The notes under the pieces were generated by a model. That model had not been told where the DNA came from and ran no database searches. It was given only the letters and a program-made list of their open reading frames with translations. The position numbers were made by a program, and so were the translations under genes. A DNA stretch of 63,252 nucleotides, filler included, from Stramenopiles sp. TOSAG23-2 (lineage: Eukaryota), in NCBI GenBank assembly GCA_900128395.1. It is 35 parts of 35 records of this genome, joined end to end, with 100 filler letters (N's around TTAATTAATTAA, not from the genome) between each part and the next. Parts side by side here need not be neighbours in the genome. Positions count along the whole stretch, not along the records: positions 48,954 to 50,656 come from LT652478.1; positions 50,757 to 52,457 come from LT652479.1; positions 52,558 to 54,257 come from LT652480.1; positions 54,358 to 56,057 come from LT652481.1; positions 56,158 to 57,857 come from LT652482.1; positions 57,958 to 59,656 come from LT652483.1; positions 59,757 to 61,454 come from LT652484.1; 28 more parts are not named here. One strand, written 5' to 3'. Positions within the stretch are counted from its first letter, which is position 1. Every line of letters begins with the position of its first letter. Shown piece after piece: positions 48,954 to 61,134 of this stretch.

Positions 48954-50656
48954 ATTTAAATTAGCTAAATCTTGCGGCAAACGACAATTTGCATCTTCGG
49001 AAGATGTAATTTTATGCATACCACCCTTATCATGCTTTTCCATGAAATACACTAGTACATCTTTTCGACAATAACTACATGCAAAATGAAATGGTGTTGC
49101 GCCATAATCATTTTTTGTCTCTAACGCCGTAGGGTATAGATTATAAAGAGCTATTATTGTGTCATTTGGGGCATTTGATTTAATTGCTATATGGAGAGGG
49201 AAATTTCCTTCCTTGTCACAGCATTTTATTTCCTCAATAATTCCTGGAAATTCGGGCTTATGGGATATTAATCTCATTACATCTTCCACCTTCGTGAATA
49301 TCCACGGTGTGCCAGTTTCGTGTAAATAGGACACCCCACGATATGTATCTTGCCACTGAAATTCCATGTGATTAGGATTTTTAGCTTTAAACAACTCTTG
49401 GATTTTAATAATATTTTCGCATCGTATAATTTCGTCCCATTGCCATTTGTATGTTACGTAATATACAAAAAATGCTAAAAAGACACCTAAAAAAAGAGAA
49501 CTTGAGAAAGCAATTCTTTCAATGTATTCATTTTGTCTGATCAACTTAGCACCTATACTAACATCAGTTCTATTAAACTTGGTTGAGACTTTTCTCGCTT
49601 TCCACACGCCATTGTATACATGAAATTCATATTTATCACGAACGATGCAATTGTATAAGACAGAAGGCAAGCCTAAATCACACAAATATTGATTTGGTAA
49701 TAGACGATGATAAAAAAACTCTGTACTTCTTATCATACTTCTAGCATCTGCAATTTCATTTTCATTTGGTTTCAACAAGAGCTGTATTAATTCAACTGCA
49801 ATGGTAATTAACAATTCAGCCTCATTTTGCTTTGGACATATATCGTCCTTCAATTTGAGGGTAAATTGTCTTACATTTGGCTTAATAATACCTAAACTCA
49901 TCAATGCTATATAACGATAATCAATTAATTGAAACGCTTTATTTTTTGTCCACACAAAAAAACCACGACCGCTGTCTCTTAAACCTTTGATGCGTACTAC
50001 GACAGTGTCAATATTTTCGTAAACGTTTTCAAGCTTATCTGTTTGATTCAGATCTGTATTGTATGCTTTCCATATGTACGTGTAAAAAAATGTAGAAACG
50101 TCCATTTTATTATCTTCGTCAAGTACGTTTGCATGATTTATAGTTGAATCAAACATGCTGTGTTCTATCGCGTGATTAAAAGACTGTGCATTTAACAAAG
50201 CGTATGAAGAATATTTGTGGCTTCGAAAGTTATCCAATGAATTTTGTTTCAAATAATCCGGTATTCGTGATTTGAATCTAGTGTTAATATTTTCGTCTAC
50301 TTCGCGTTTAAACTTGTATATGTTAACATCGTAGAAATCATCTGAACCAATGAGTATAACACTTTTGTACAAATTTTTGACGAAAATTGATGTATCGTTA
50401 TTACTATCTTGTATCCCACTATACTTGTACCTGTTTAAATTAATATCATTTATAACTTTATCAAAAAAATATATGTCGATAATAGAGTTATTATCACTAT
50501 TTCCAAAGTAGTTATTTGTTGAGGCATTTACTTGTTCACTGATCATACCATCATTAAAACAGACAGTAGATTTATTACTAAGAACAACTAAACGACCTTT
50601 CTTCATATTTAAAAATATGTTACTGCTTGTTGCATCTGATTTTATTGTCATAGAAA
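48954..50656 (-). CDS. Single-TM protein with cytoplasmic ankyrin repeats, partial
   Basis: TM segment IAFSSSLFLGVFLAFFVYYV, then GNFPLHIAI and GATPFHFAC. Confidence 0.7.
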
Positions 50657-50756
50657 NNNNNNNNNNNNNNNNNNNNNNNNNNNNNNNNNNNNNNNNNNNN
50701 TTAATTAATTAANNNNNNNNNNNNNNNNNNNNNNNNNNNNNNNNNNNNNNNNNNNN

Positions 50757-51824
50757 GTTGTTGTTGTTGTTGTTGTTGTTATTATTATTATTATTATTAT
50801 CACTATCATCATCATTATCAAATTTTGATTCAACCTGTTTTTTCCGATTGTTATTATTACTAGTAATATAATTATTAGGTACAAGTGGCGGTTTGGAAGT
50901 TGCTTGTGGTGCTTTAGGATCTACACCGCTATTATCATCGTTATATTTTTCACCATAATAATCATCATCTTCTTTCACTTCCACTTGTCCATAATCTTCA
51001 TTTAAATTGCGTAAATTTGGATCATATCGTTCATCCATTGCATTTAATGCTTGCGCTTTTTCTCGCTCTTCTGCTTCTCGTTGAGCATTCTCATAATTTA
51101 GCATAGCATTATGCAATGCATCATTCGTCATAGATGCTTGATCTCCTTCATCTTCATAATCATAATGTGTACAAACAGTTACACAATTTTTATTCATAAA
51201 ATCATATTCAACATCAAGTTCTTCTTCATCGTCATCGTATTTGCTACTAGTCAAATCATCCATATCGTTATTTACATTATAAGTTTTTACTATTGCCAAT
51301 ACTTTTTCCATAATATGATCCTCACGTGATGATATATTATTATTACTACCACTGTTAAATTCACTTTCATTTATTGTTATTATAATTGTAGCGTTGTGAA
51401 AATAACCTTTCACAAATTCCAAATCTTTCTCTAACTTTTGTACTTGCAATGGTGATGTCTGTTGGCCAATCCACCTTAGTAAAATAAAATATGGTTTCAA
51501 AGAAACAACATCGCTGTCGTTGTCATCATCATTGCTTCGGCGATTTCGAGATATACGAAAACCACAATATTGTACTTGGTCAGAATTTAATAAAGGTATA
51601 ATATTTAATAAACCACCACCACCATCACCTTGTACATGTAACTTTTCAACTGAACCAGTCACAAAACCTATGACAAAATAATTACATGGAAAAGTGTCGA
51701 ATTTCACTTGATTCCAAAATGATGGAAAAGCCTTTTGGTGTACTAATGATAAATCTAAATGTGCAATAGTATCACGAAAACGTTCATCTTGTTCTTCGTC
51801 GTCAGAGGAAGAAGAAGTTTTCAT
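50757..51824 (-). CDS. ADF-H (coactosin/drebrin-like) domain protein with acidic and Asn-rich tail, 3' partial
   Basis: YFVIGF...GDGGGGL...LNSDQVQYCGFRI...YFILLRWIG. Confidence 0.65.
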
Positions 51825-52269
51825 TATATATTTATTATTATTGGTTATTGAAGCCGATACTTATATACTACAAGTGCTGTGTGGACTAAATAACAAAACA
51901 AATAAATTACACCTTTGTATAATATTTATTTATATTTCACCAATAATAAAACAACAAACTATATTTGTATATGTTAATATTATTGCATTGAAAGTAATGA
52001 TGTATCTGTACTTATCTTTCTTAACCAACAAAACAATATCAATTACGCGGTGTTGGTGTATGGCAAATGAGTGATGCACCATTACCAGATTCAAAAGGTA
52101 ATGATCCTTATAAACAGGAAAGAAATGATATGTTGAATGCACTGTATGCTTGGGATCAATAAAAAGATGTGAAAGAGTGAGATACACAAATCCGAAACGT
52201 CATGTAAAAAACACATTATATAACTGTACATTCATGAAAAACGTACCGATTGTTAAAAACAACATTTTT

Positions 52270-52457
52270 TTATAGTTTCCCACGGTTTTTTTTCAAACTT
52301 AATCGAACTTGATTTTTCGTGCCTTCCAATACTGGATTTAATTGAAATAATTTCCTCTTTGTCAACGTTGCACTTTTATGGATATCTGATTGTTGTAGGT
52401 TTAAATCTCGCGTTCTCACACCACGTTCATGTAACGCATCTACTACACCAGCATTTT
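52270..52457 (-). CDS. C-terminal fragment of an unknown protein (weak R-SNARE-like ERG motif)
   Basis: Manual translation NAGVVDALHERGVRTRDLNLQQSDIHKSA...KKNRGKL*. Confidence 0.4.
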
Positions 52458-52557
52458 NNNNNNNNNNNNNNNNNNNNNNNNNNNNNNNNNNNNNNNNNNN
52501 NTTAATTAATTAANNNNNNNNNNNNNNNNNNNNNNNNNNNNNNNNNNNNNNNNNNNN

Positions 52558-52765
52558 TTTTTGAACCAATTTTTGCGCCAAATGAACGCCTACGTTTTGG
52601 TGATATTTGTGTCATATTTGGTACACTACTTGAACGAACTGGGCGTGTATTATATGTCACATTGTTTCTATGTCTATTATTATTAACATTATTTAGTCCT
52701 ACTACTTCTTCTTCTTCATTATTATTATTAGAAGAAGAAGAAGATGCGGATACAAAAAGCGACAT
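52558..52765 (-). CDS. N-terminal fragment of an unknown low-complexity protein
   Basis: ATG-initiated S/N/E-rich frame open to the contig end. Confidence 0.5.
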
Positions 52766-54475
52766 CTTTTATTTCTATATATTTTTCCACAGGACGATGG
52801 GGGAAAAGCAAGTGCGATAATATAATCTTTTTCCTATCTGATGTGCACGCGCGTGTATGTAGTTTTATATTATGTTATCTACAAACAAATAATGATATAC
52901 AAAATGTGTGTTTATATCTTACTATATTTTATTATACTTTAATTGAAATAAAAAAAAATGTAAAAATGTCTCAAAATGTCGAAATATATATATATTGTAC
53001 TATTTTTCGTTTCAAATACGTATCACCCTTTCTTTCAAAACAATGTAATAAAACTGAAATGATAAATGGATGAAATACGTCTTACGTATTTGTCTGTCTT
53101 TTGTTGTTTTTTCTTTACATGTACAGCGTGGTTGCAATGTGATCTTCCTGTATCTTATTAGTCGGGTGTGTAAATTTGCAATGTGTGTTACTTCTTTTAA
53201 TGAGTAGTAAAAAATATTGTGAAATGGAAATGGAAATATACATGGTAGAAATATGTGGTTGATTGTATTCACCTGCTATAGTGGTATATACACTACATAG
53301 CATAGTAATGATATCACTATATTAGAAATTTATTTGCCGGTGGTCACTTCGTACTTTATATATACTAAATACAGTAATATATTCTATCAAACATATGCAA
53401 TGGTATGTCCATCCATGCATATATAGCATGTGAATACAATGGACTAGGTTTTTGAACCATATAGGAATATGTTAATATATGAGAATAATGTACACTAGTA
53501 GTAATAGTCAAAACAAATCAGTGTATATCGGATATTTTATAATACATGAACTAAGAATTGATATTTAAAGAAAAGTGCGTGCCATTTGTGTTCAAGTTTG
53601 TCGCGAAATGTCGAACGGAAAATTTTAAAATTTTTCTGATAGACACATATTCGAGTACAATTTTTAGTATACTAAAACACTACAGGAAGGAAAAAGGAAA
53701 AAGAAACCCAAAATGTGCAAATGCAAAAAGTATGGCGGATCCTGGCATCCTGCCTGGCCTGTGGTACCCTTAAGTGTACAGTTTTCTCACGGTTTAGTGC
53801 ACTAGTACAGTATTATATTATATATAAAAAAAAAATGAAATTGAGCGTATAAAATATAATAATGATGATTTAAAACGAGCGTAATAAAAATACAATTGAA
53901 AATATGCATGTTCACATAATGATATATTTCTTCTTTGACCAGTATCATATGTGTGTTATATATTTTTTATTTCTCTTCTGAAAAGTTCGTAATAATATGA
54001 TACGAAGTCTTTCGTATCATAAAAATGACATTGTACTCTCAATAATTCTTCATATATCTGTGTGTATCATATGCATACACCGACAACACCATATTTTAAT
54101 TAATAAACTGGAGATAATGTTAATTACGAGAGTATTAAATATATAATATATATTTATTGTACTTATTTTATAGTTTATTCATTTTACACGCCTACACGCT
54201 CTCTCTCTCTCAAAATCACTCCCTCTTCTTCTTGCTCTTTAACTTTCGTATATTATANNNNNNNNNNNNNNNNNNNNNNNNNNNNNNNNNNNNNNNNNNN
54301 NTTAATTAATTAANNNNNNNNNNNNNNNNNNNNNNNNNNNNNNNNNNNNNNNNNNNNTAATAATAATTCATACGTGCAATCATATATCGTTATTTTTTGT
54401 ATTATATTTATAGTTATAGTCCGTTTACATTAATAAAGTTGTGTTTATATATTTTTGGTATTCAGTTGAAAAATC

Positions 54476-56057
54476 ATGTCATCGTCATCATCAACATCAT
54501 CTTCATCAACAACAAATCAAACAAGAAATTTAGTGACCTCAACAACGACGACGACAACAACAACAACCGTAAACATTAGTAATAATACTGGTGGAAATAC
54601 AATATCAACACCTGCACATTTCCTATGTCCAATTTCTGGTGATACTTTTAAAGATCCTGTTATTGCTTCTGATGGACAAACATATGAACGAGAATGTATT
54701 GCAAAATGGATTAGAACAAAAGGAAATAGCGCTTCGTCACCATTAACTGGTTTAAAGCTAAAAGATAACAAGTTGATCCCAAATCATAGTATGAAAAGTC
54801 AAATAGCAGAATGGCAACAAAAAAAAAAAAATGGCACGCATTTTGAAAAAGCAATTAAAGATTTAGTTGGTAATTTAATAATGGCGTCGACGAGTAAAGA
54901 ATTGATTGACACAATTGAAAAAATGTGTAATGTTATCCAATCAAGCAACAAAGTATTGATTACTGAAGATAAACTTAGTCAATGGATTCAAATTGTAAAT
55001 GCCAAGCTTTTAACAGATGAAGTTGTATCATCTTTTGATGTATTAAAATCTCAAGTACAAGTATCAACAAATAAGAAACAATTGGAACAAAAAACACTTA
55101 CGGAAATCCATAAATGCCAATCATTTATGATGGAGAAAAAACAAGAACAGTGTATGCAGATAAATATTGACTTTAAAAAAGCATCCAATAAATATGATAA
55201 ATCTAAAAAAGAGTTTGAAAGAGCAAAAGAGAAGATGAATAATGATGAGTTAGAATTCAATCGTGTTAAAAAAGCAAAAGATACCAATGCAAAACAAATT
55301 GAAATCTTAGCAGGTTTACTTGAAACATCCATTTCAGAAATGAATAATAATGGCATCGTCATTACTAATATTAATAATAATAGTAGTAGTAGTAACAATA
55401 GCAATGGAAAAAGGACAATATCAGATAGTAGTGGATCATCAAGGAAATCTAAACGGCAACGTAAAACTGATAATAATAATAATAATAGTAATTTCAATGA
55501 TGATATTGATTTATCGCTTGGTGCTCGTAAATTATTTGAAGATGGATTAAACCATGCAGGATTTGTAAGTGGCAAATGGTCCATACCATTAAAATATCAA
55601 ACTATGATTGAAGCAGCAGCACATGTTGGTTATGAGCTTGCAATAGGATATTGCTTTATACTTGGAGTTGGCACATTTGTCAAGAAGCGAAAAAGAGGAT
55701 ATGAAATAATTGAAAAATACAGTAAAACTAATAAAAATGATAGTTTGGCACAATATTTAATGGGTTATACATATCGTCATGGATATGGCATCACAAAGGA
55801 TTACAAAAAAGCATTGGAATGGTATACAAAATCAGCAGAACAAGGATATGCACCTAGTCAATATAATCTTGGCGTAATGTATCAAAATGGTGATGGTGTT
55901 ACAACGGATTACAAAAAAGCAGTTGAATGGTATACAAAAGCAGCAGAACAAGGACATGCACATGGTCAATATAAACTTGGTTCTATGTATGATAATGGTT
56001 ATGGTGTTACAAAAGATTACAAAAAAGCAGTTGAATGGTATACAAAATCAGCAGAAC
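54476..56057 (+). CDS. U-box E3 ligase with coiled coil and Sel1-like repeats, 3' partial
   Basis: PAHFLCPISGDTFKDPVIASDGQTYERECI...SPLTG...LIPNHSMKSQI; three AQYxLGxMYxxGxGVxKDYKKAxEWYTKxAEQG-type units. Confidence 0.92.
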
Positions 56058-56525
56058 NNNNNNNNNNNNNNNNNNNNNNNNNNNNNNNNNNNNNNNNNNN
56101 NTTAATTAATTAANNNNNNNNNNNNNNNNNNNNNNNNNNNNNNNNNNNNNNNNNNNNATGGAAGGATAGAAACCTACTCATGCTTGTAGAGTATTAGTTT
56201 GCAGAGGTACATTAGAGCTTTACTATATTAGGATAGAATATTATTCTTGCGATTGAGTATTGAGCTTATTACTTAGCACGAGAAGTGTAAAATTATTATA
56301 ACTTAGATTTTAACCAATATTATTATACGTAAAATATAAGTAATATCATATACGCATAATTTATCGCACCATTTTTATTTTAAAATTCAAGTGTAAATGT
56401 ACGAGCGTATGTAAATATCATACACTTTGTAGGTTCGTATTTTTTAAGGCCTTCACACTCCACACTCCACCTGCACTATGATACACAAAAGAAGAGCAAA
56501 ATATCTTGTTGCTTTCTTTTGTTTT

Positions 56526-57857
56526 TCATTTTTCTTCTTTTACGGTTACCTCAATTTGTCCTTCATCCTCATTTAAAATTTTGGTAAAATTTTTATACCA
56601 TGGATGTGATGGTACAATTGCATTAGGGCCTTCTTTTAATTTATTAAATGCATTAACAACCATTTCACGTCCAGATGGCTTGTTTTGTAGCATTAAGCAA
56701 TGTCCTAAATTGCCTCTTGTGTTTAATGTGAATTGGTCATTTGCTCCAAGTACTTCTTCTAGATCCGTTAATGCACGGAGATATATTTTTTCAGCTTCAT
56801 CTAATTTATTTCGTTTTACTAACCATGAAGCAAAATTATGTGCTGTTCTTAATGTATCTCGATGTTTTCGTCCAAGTTCTTCTTCTAGATCCCTTAACGA
56901 ATGGCGATACATTTTTTCAGCTTCATCTAATATATTTGGTTCTTTTAACAATGAAGCAAAACATTCTTTGAATGTATCGGCTATACATCTTGTTAATAGT
57001 ACTATTTGTTCAGTGTTAAAATGCTTATTTACAGTATCGTCTTGCTCAAAATACAAGATAGCTTCCTTTAATGCTTCCACCTGTAAATCCAACTGGCTCG
57101 TCGGTATTGTTTGCGACTGTTGCCACTCTTTCAGCCGTTCAATCACATAACGTGATTGTAAAGTATGAGGCATTTTGACATATTTTTCTTCACAATTATC
57201 AATCAAGAGTGATAGATTTACAAAAAATTGAATGTCGTCTTCCAAATCGTCAATATCCATGCCCCATAATATTTTCAATGTACGGTATGGAATTCGAATA
57301 TCTTGTGGAAATATACCCAACATAATATAACTATTACGTAGTTTTTCATCTTCAATAAAATCAATACTCATTGATAATGCATTAAATGCTGGTTTTAGAT
57401 ATTCAGCATCTTTAACTTGAAAAATTTTTTTTCTTGCAACTTTTGAATTTTCAATTGTATCTTTTTTTAACTCACGCAATATTTTTTGTAACATATTAGG
57501 TCTACTTTTAACGTGTCTTATTATAATTGAAAGAAAAAGTATAAGCCCGCCAAGCAAATTGATAATTTCCTTTAAATCATTTTCCTCCCAAGTAGAATGC
57601 CATTTGACATTATTTTTTTCAATTTGCTCTTTGAAAAATTTAATTGCATCTTCTTCTGTCAACATGTCTAAACTGATTTTATGTGCACCCTCTAGTACAT
57701 CTTCATTACGCGTAGAAATTACAATGCATGAATTAGGTGCACATGATTGTATTATGCCACGTAACGTAGTAATACATTCCTTTGACCAAAGATCATCAAA
57801 AATGATGAGGCAATTTAAGTGCAATTTACCATTTTTTAAATATTTTTTCAATATTTC
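56526..57857 (-). CDS. NB-ARC (APAF-1-like STAND NTPase) with winged helix and TPR repeats; NLR-like, 5' partial
   Basis: Walker B LIIFDDLW, RNBS-B IVISTR, GLPL-like GGLIL, LGIFPQDIRIP...LW, MHD-like HTLQ, and two 42-aa DEAEKxYxxxLxxxEExLG TPRs. Confidence 0.85.
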   Translation of the reverse strand, partial: EILKKYLKNGKLHLNCLIIFDDLWSKECITTLRGIIQSCAPNSCIVISTRNEDVLEGAHKISLDMLTEEDAIKFFKEQIEKNNVKWHSTWEENDLKEIINLLGGLILFLSIIIRHVKSRPNMLQKILRELKKDTIENSKVARKKIFQVKDAEYLKPAFNALSMSIDFIEDEKLRNSYIMLGIFPQDIRIPYRTLKILWGMDIDDLEDDIQFFVNLSLLIDNCEEKYVKMPHTLQSRYVIERLKEWQQSQTIPTSQLDLQVEALKEAILYFEQDDTVNKHFNTEQIVLLTRCIADTFKECFASLLKEPNILDEAEKMYRHSLRDLEEELGRKHRDTLRTAHNFASWLVKRNKLDEAEKIYLRALTDLEEVLGANDQFTLNTRGNLGHCLMLQNKPSGREMVVNAFNKLKEGPNAIVPSHPWYKNFTKILNEDEGQIEVTVKEEK

Positions 57858-57957
57858 NNNNNNNNNNNNNNNNNNNNNNNNNNNNNNNNNNNNNNNNNNN
57901 NTTAATTAATTAANNNNNNNNNNNNNNNNNNNNNNNNNNNNNNNNNNNNNNNNNNNN

Positions 57958-59289
57958 ATAATAATTTTTTCTTTCGTTGTTTTTTTTCATCTCGTATTCT
58001 TTTTTTCTCCAAAACAACATCGTTGTTGGGATGATATTGCATTTGGTTTAAATATGAATTTTTTAACACCATCTTCAAAGCGTAAAAGTAATAATAAACA
58101 AACAAAAAATAATATTCGTGGTGATGGTAAAAAATCAGGTGTAACATTAGCTACGCAATTAAGTGTTGATCGTTTACCATTATTATGTAAATCATCCGAG
58201 GCATGGAATGGACCTGTTTCTGCATCTGTATATGTACGATCTGGTTTAGATGTTGCTAAATTAGCTAAATGGAGACGAAAATGCAAATCAATTAAACAAT
58301 TTGTATCATTTCATCTTTTAACACAGCCAAATATTGCAAGATCAATACCGTATCCTGTGAATATATTACGAAATATTGCAATAGATGGTGTGGAAACAGA
58401 TTTTGTTTTTAATGTAGATGTTGATTTTGTACCAAATACAGATGCGGTGGAACATATTATGACATTAACAGAGGCATTACCACAAGCTATTGGTAAAGAA
58501 CAAAAATATATGTTGGTCATACCAGCATTCGAATTTGTTTCTGGTGCACAACAACGTGATGATTCAAGTTATGGAGATGGTAATAAAATAGAAGGTGCAA
58601 GTAAAGGCAATAGTAAGAAATATACATGTAATACAAATAAAAATACAATTATTTCCCATGGTGATACTCTTAGTAGAATTGCAAGATCATATGAAGTTAC
58701 CCTTCATGCAATACATCAATGCAATCCTCACATTGTTGATACAGAATTAGAAGTTGGTGATTCTATTAAAATTCCAGCTTTAGTTGAAAAAACGGATGGT
58801 GATGATTTTTTCACAAATTCAGAAGAGATGCCAAAAACAAAAAAAGATTTATTAGAATTAGTAGAATCGTATAAATTACAACCTGTACATGCGGATAAAT
58901 TTGCTGGTGCACATCAAATAACAAATTATAAAAAATGGTATACTCAAAGTAAACGAAAACCATATCAAGTAAAATTTAAAGGTGTATATGAGCCTTACAT
59001 GGTTGGTCCAAAAACAATGCCACGTTTTGATGAACGTTTTGCTGGTTATGGTATGGATAAAGTTGAATTGAATTATGAATTAAGTTTAGCTAATTATATG
59101 TTATTAGTTGCCCCAAATGCATTTGTTGTACATCATAACCACCCAAAAGCTACGTGGGGCTTGAAAGCTGATTTAGTACGTGTATATAAAAATTGGTATG
59201 GATTTGTCTATGATAAAGATAAATTGTATGGTCATGGGCAATTTTATGAAGGTGAAAAAGTTGAAAATAGAGCAATTTTGATATCATAA
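57958..59289 (+). CDS. GT49 (LARGE/B4GAT1-like) glycosyltransferase with an internal LysM domain; 5' partial
   Basis: VTLATQLSVDRL, WNGPVSASVY, YPVNILRNIA, DVDFVP (DxD), VIPAFE, PKTKKDL, YEPY, FDERFAGYGMDK; LysM GDTLSRIA...NP...LEVGDSIKIP at about 58645-58776. Confidence 0.9.
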   Translation: MIIFSFVVFFHLVFFFSPKQHRCWDDIAFGLNMNFLTPSSKRKSNNKQTKNNIRGDGKKSGVTLATQLSVDRLPLLCKSSEAWNGPVSASVYVRSGLDVAKLAKWRRKCKSIKQFVSFHLLTQPNIARSIPYPVNILRNIAIDGVETDFVFNVDVDFVPNTDAVEHIMTLTEALPQAIGKEQKYMLVIPAFEFVSGAQQRDDSSYGDGNKIEGASKGNSKKYTCNTNKNTIISHGDTLSRIARSYEVTLHAIHQCNPHIVDTELEVGDSIKIPALVEKTDGDDFFTNSEEMPKTKKDLLELVESYKLQPVHADKFAGAHQITNYKKWYTQSKRKPYQVKFKGVYEPYMVGPKTMPRFDERFAGYGMDKVELNYELSLANYMLLVAPNAFVVHHNHPKATWGLKADLVRVYKNWYGFVYDKDKLYGHGQFYEGEKVENRAILIS

Positions 59290-59823
59290 AATATTATATT
59301 AGAAAATAAAATATGAACGAAAAAAAGGAATATGTTATGTATATGATGCGCGCGTGTGATGAAACGAACGATATTGAATGATTTTAAAACTATAGCAGTT
59401 TTTAGTGTGCAAGGAGATTATAGTTGTTTTTGGTGTTAAAAAACATTTTTTACATTATTAAAATATTATTATTTTTTTTCATTTTTTCTCGTCGTTGTTG
59501 TTCAAGTTAAAGTTTTGCCTTCTTCTTTTTTCTATTCTTCTGTACCAGGTGTACATAATCTAGGTCCTAGACTTTTCAAAGAAAAGTCTAGTTGGAGACG
59601 TAGATTTAGTGCTGTGTGGCTTCTATTTTGAGTAAAAATCAGGGGTTTTTAAGGTTNNNNNNNNNNNNNNNNNNNNNNNNNNNNNNNNNNNNNNNNNNNN
59701 TTAATTAATTAANNNNNNNNNNNNNNNNNNNNNNNNNNNNNNNNNNNNNNNNNNNNGATATGTAGAGGAAACAACCAACAGAACAACAAAATAAAACGAA
59801 GTACAAAATACAACAAAAACATC

Positions 59824-61134
59824 ATGTCAGCAATTGCAAATTCAAAATTATTCTCAGCATTACACACTGGAAAAAACAAAAATGGCCCAGTAAAACTTGG
59901 TCATCGTATAGTCCTTGCACCATTAACGAGAAATAGGGGAACCGAACCCAACCTATGCCCACATCAAGACCATGTTGATTATTATTCACAAAGAGCAACT
60001 GCTGGTGGTTTATTAATCACTGAAGCTGTTAATATCAGTCCTGAAGCTGTTGGTTACATATCTGTACCTGGAATTTGGACGGAAGAGCAAACTGTTGCAT
60101 GGAGAGCTGTTACAAACGCAGTACATGCAAAAGGTGGAAAGGTATTTATGCAACTATGGCATACAGGGAGAATTGCACATCCATCTTTCGGGGACCATCC
60201 TTTATTAAAACGTAGTGGTAAAGAAGGTATGGCATTGCCAAGTGTATCAGCATCTCCTTCACAAATGATTCATCCAAAACGGGAAACACCTTTGCCCACA
60301 TCTACTTATCAAGGTGCAGTTGAAGCTGCTGTTCCTCGTGAGCTTAGTATGGACGAAATTCCACGTTTACGACAAGATTATGCTAGGGCAGCTAGAAATG
60401 CTATGAGGGCAGGATTTGATGGCGTAGAATTGCATGCTGCGCATGGTTATTTGATAGACCAATTCATCCAGGATGGGGTAAACAAACGAACGGATGCATA
60501 TGGTGGTTCTATTGAAAATCGATGCCGTTTATTGTGTGAAGTTGTACAAACGTTAACTGAAACGGTTGGAAATGGACGATTAGGTGTAAGACTTTCTCCA
60601 ACTACTATTGATCCAAATACAGGACGTCAAAATCAAACATATTTTGCTGCATCTTGCTCAAATCCAGATGAAACATATCATTATGCAGTAAATGCCATGA
60701 ATCAATTTGATTTAGCATATTTATTATTGACAGAGCCTCGATGGAGCCCAGCAAGGGATGGTGATCCAAGTAAAGATGTTGGTTTTACACAACCCCTTTC
60801 CAATAAAAAATATCGAGATATTTACAAAGGTACATTGATGGCTGCGGGCGGTTTCACACCTGCCAGTGCTGCAAAGGCTATTGAGGATGGTGATTATGAT
60901 TTGATTGCATTTGGTCGATGGTTTATTTCCAATCCAGATTTACCTGAAAGAATACGAACTGGTGCAAAACTCAATGTATATAATCGTAAAACATTTTATA
61001 CAGAAACGATTAATGGTGGTAATGCTGAAGGGTATACAGATTACCCATCTTTAGATGGAACCATTGGTGTGCCAGGTAAATATGAATTGATGGATCAGTC
61101 AAAGATAGGTGCAAATTTAAAATCATCACTTTAA
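59824..61134 (+). CDS. Old yellow enzyme / alkene reductase (NemA/OPR-like)
   Basis: VLAPLTRNR, YYSQRA, GLLITEA, QLWHTGR, GFDGVELHAAHGYLIDQF, NKRTDAYGGSIENR, FGRWFISNPDLP, GYTDYP. Confidence 0.95.
   Translation: MSAIANSKLFSALHTGKNKNGPVKLGHRIVLAPLTRNRGTEPNLCPHQDHVDYYSQRATAGGLLITEAVNISPEAVGYISVPGIWTEEQTVAWRAVTNAVHAKGGKVFMQLWHTGRIAHPSFGDHPLLKRSGKEGMALPSVSASPSQMIHPKRETPLPTSTYQGAVEAAVPRELSMDEIPRLRQDYARAARNAMRAGFDGVELHAAHGYLIDQFIQDGVNKRTDAYGGSIENRCRLLCEVVQTLTETVGNGRLGVRLSPTTIDPNTGRQNQTYFAASCSNPDETYHYAVNAMNQFDLAYLLLTEPRWSPARDGDPSKDVGFTQPLSNKKYRDIYKGTLMAAGGFTPASAAKAIEDGDYDLIAFGRWFISNPDLPERIRTGAKLNVYNRKTFYTETINGGNAEGYTDYPSLDGTIGVPGKYELMDQSKIGANLKSSL

Noticed and set aside
59824-61134. Old yellow enzyme as bacterial contamination
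   Set aside because: Flanks are AT-rich like other contigs, there is no operon context or clear RBS, and the family is common in eukaryotes.
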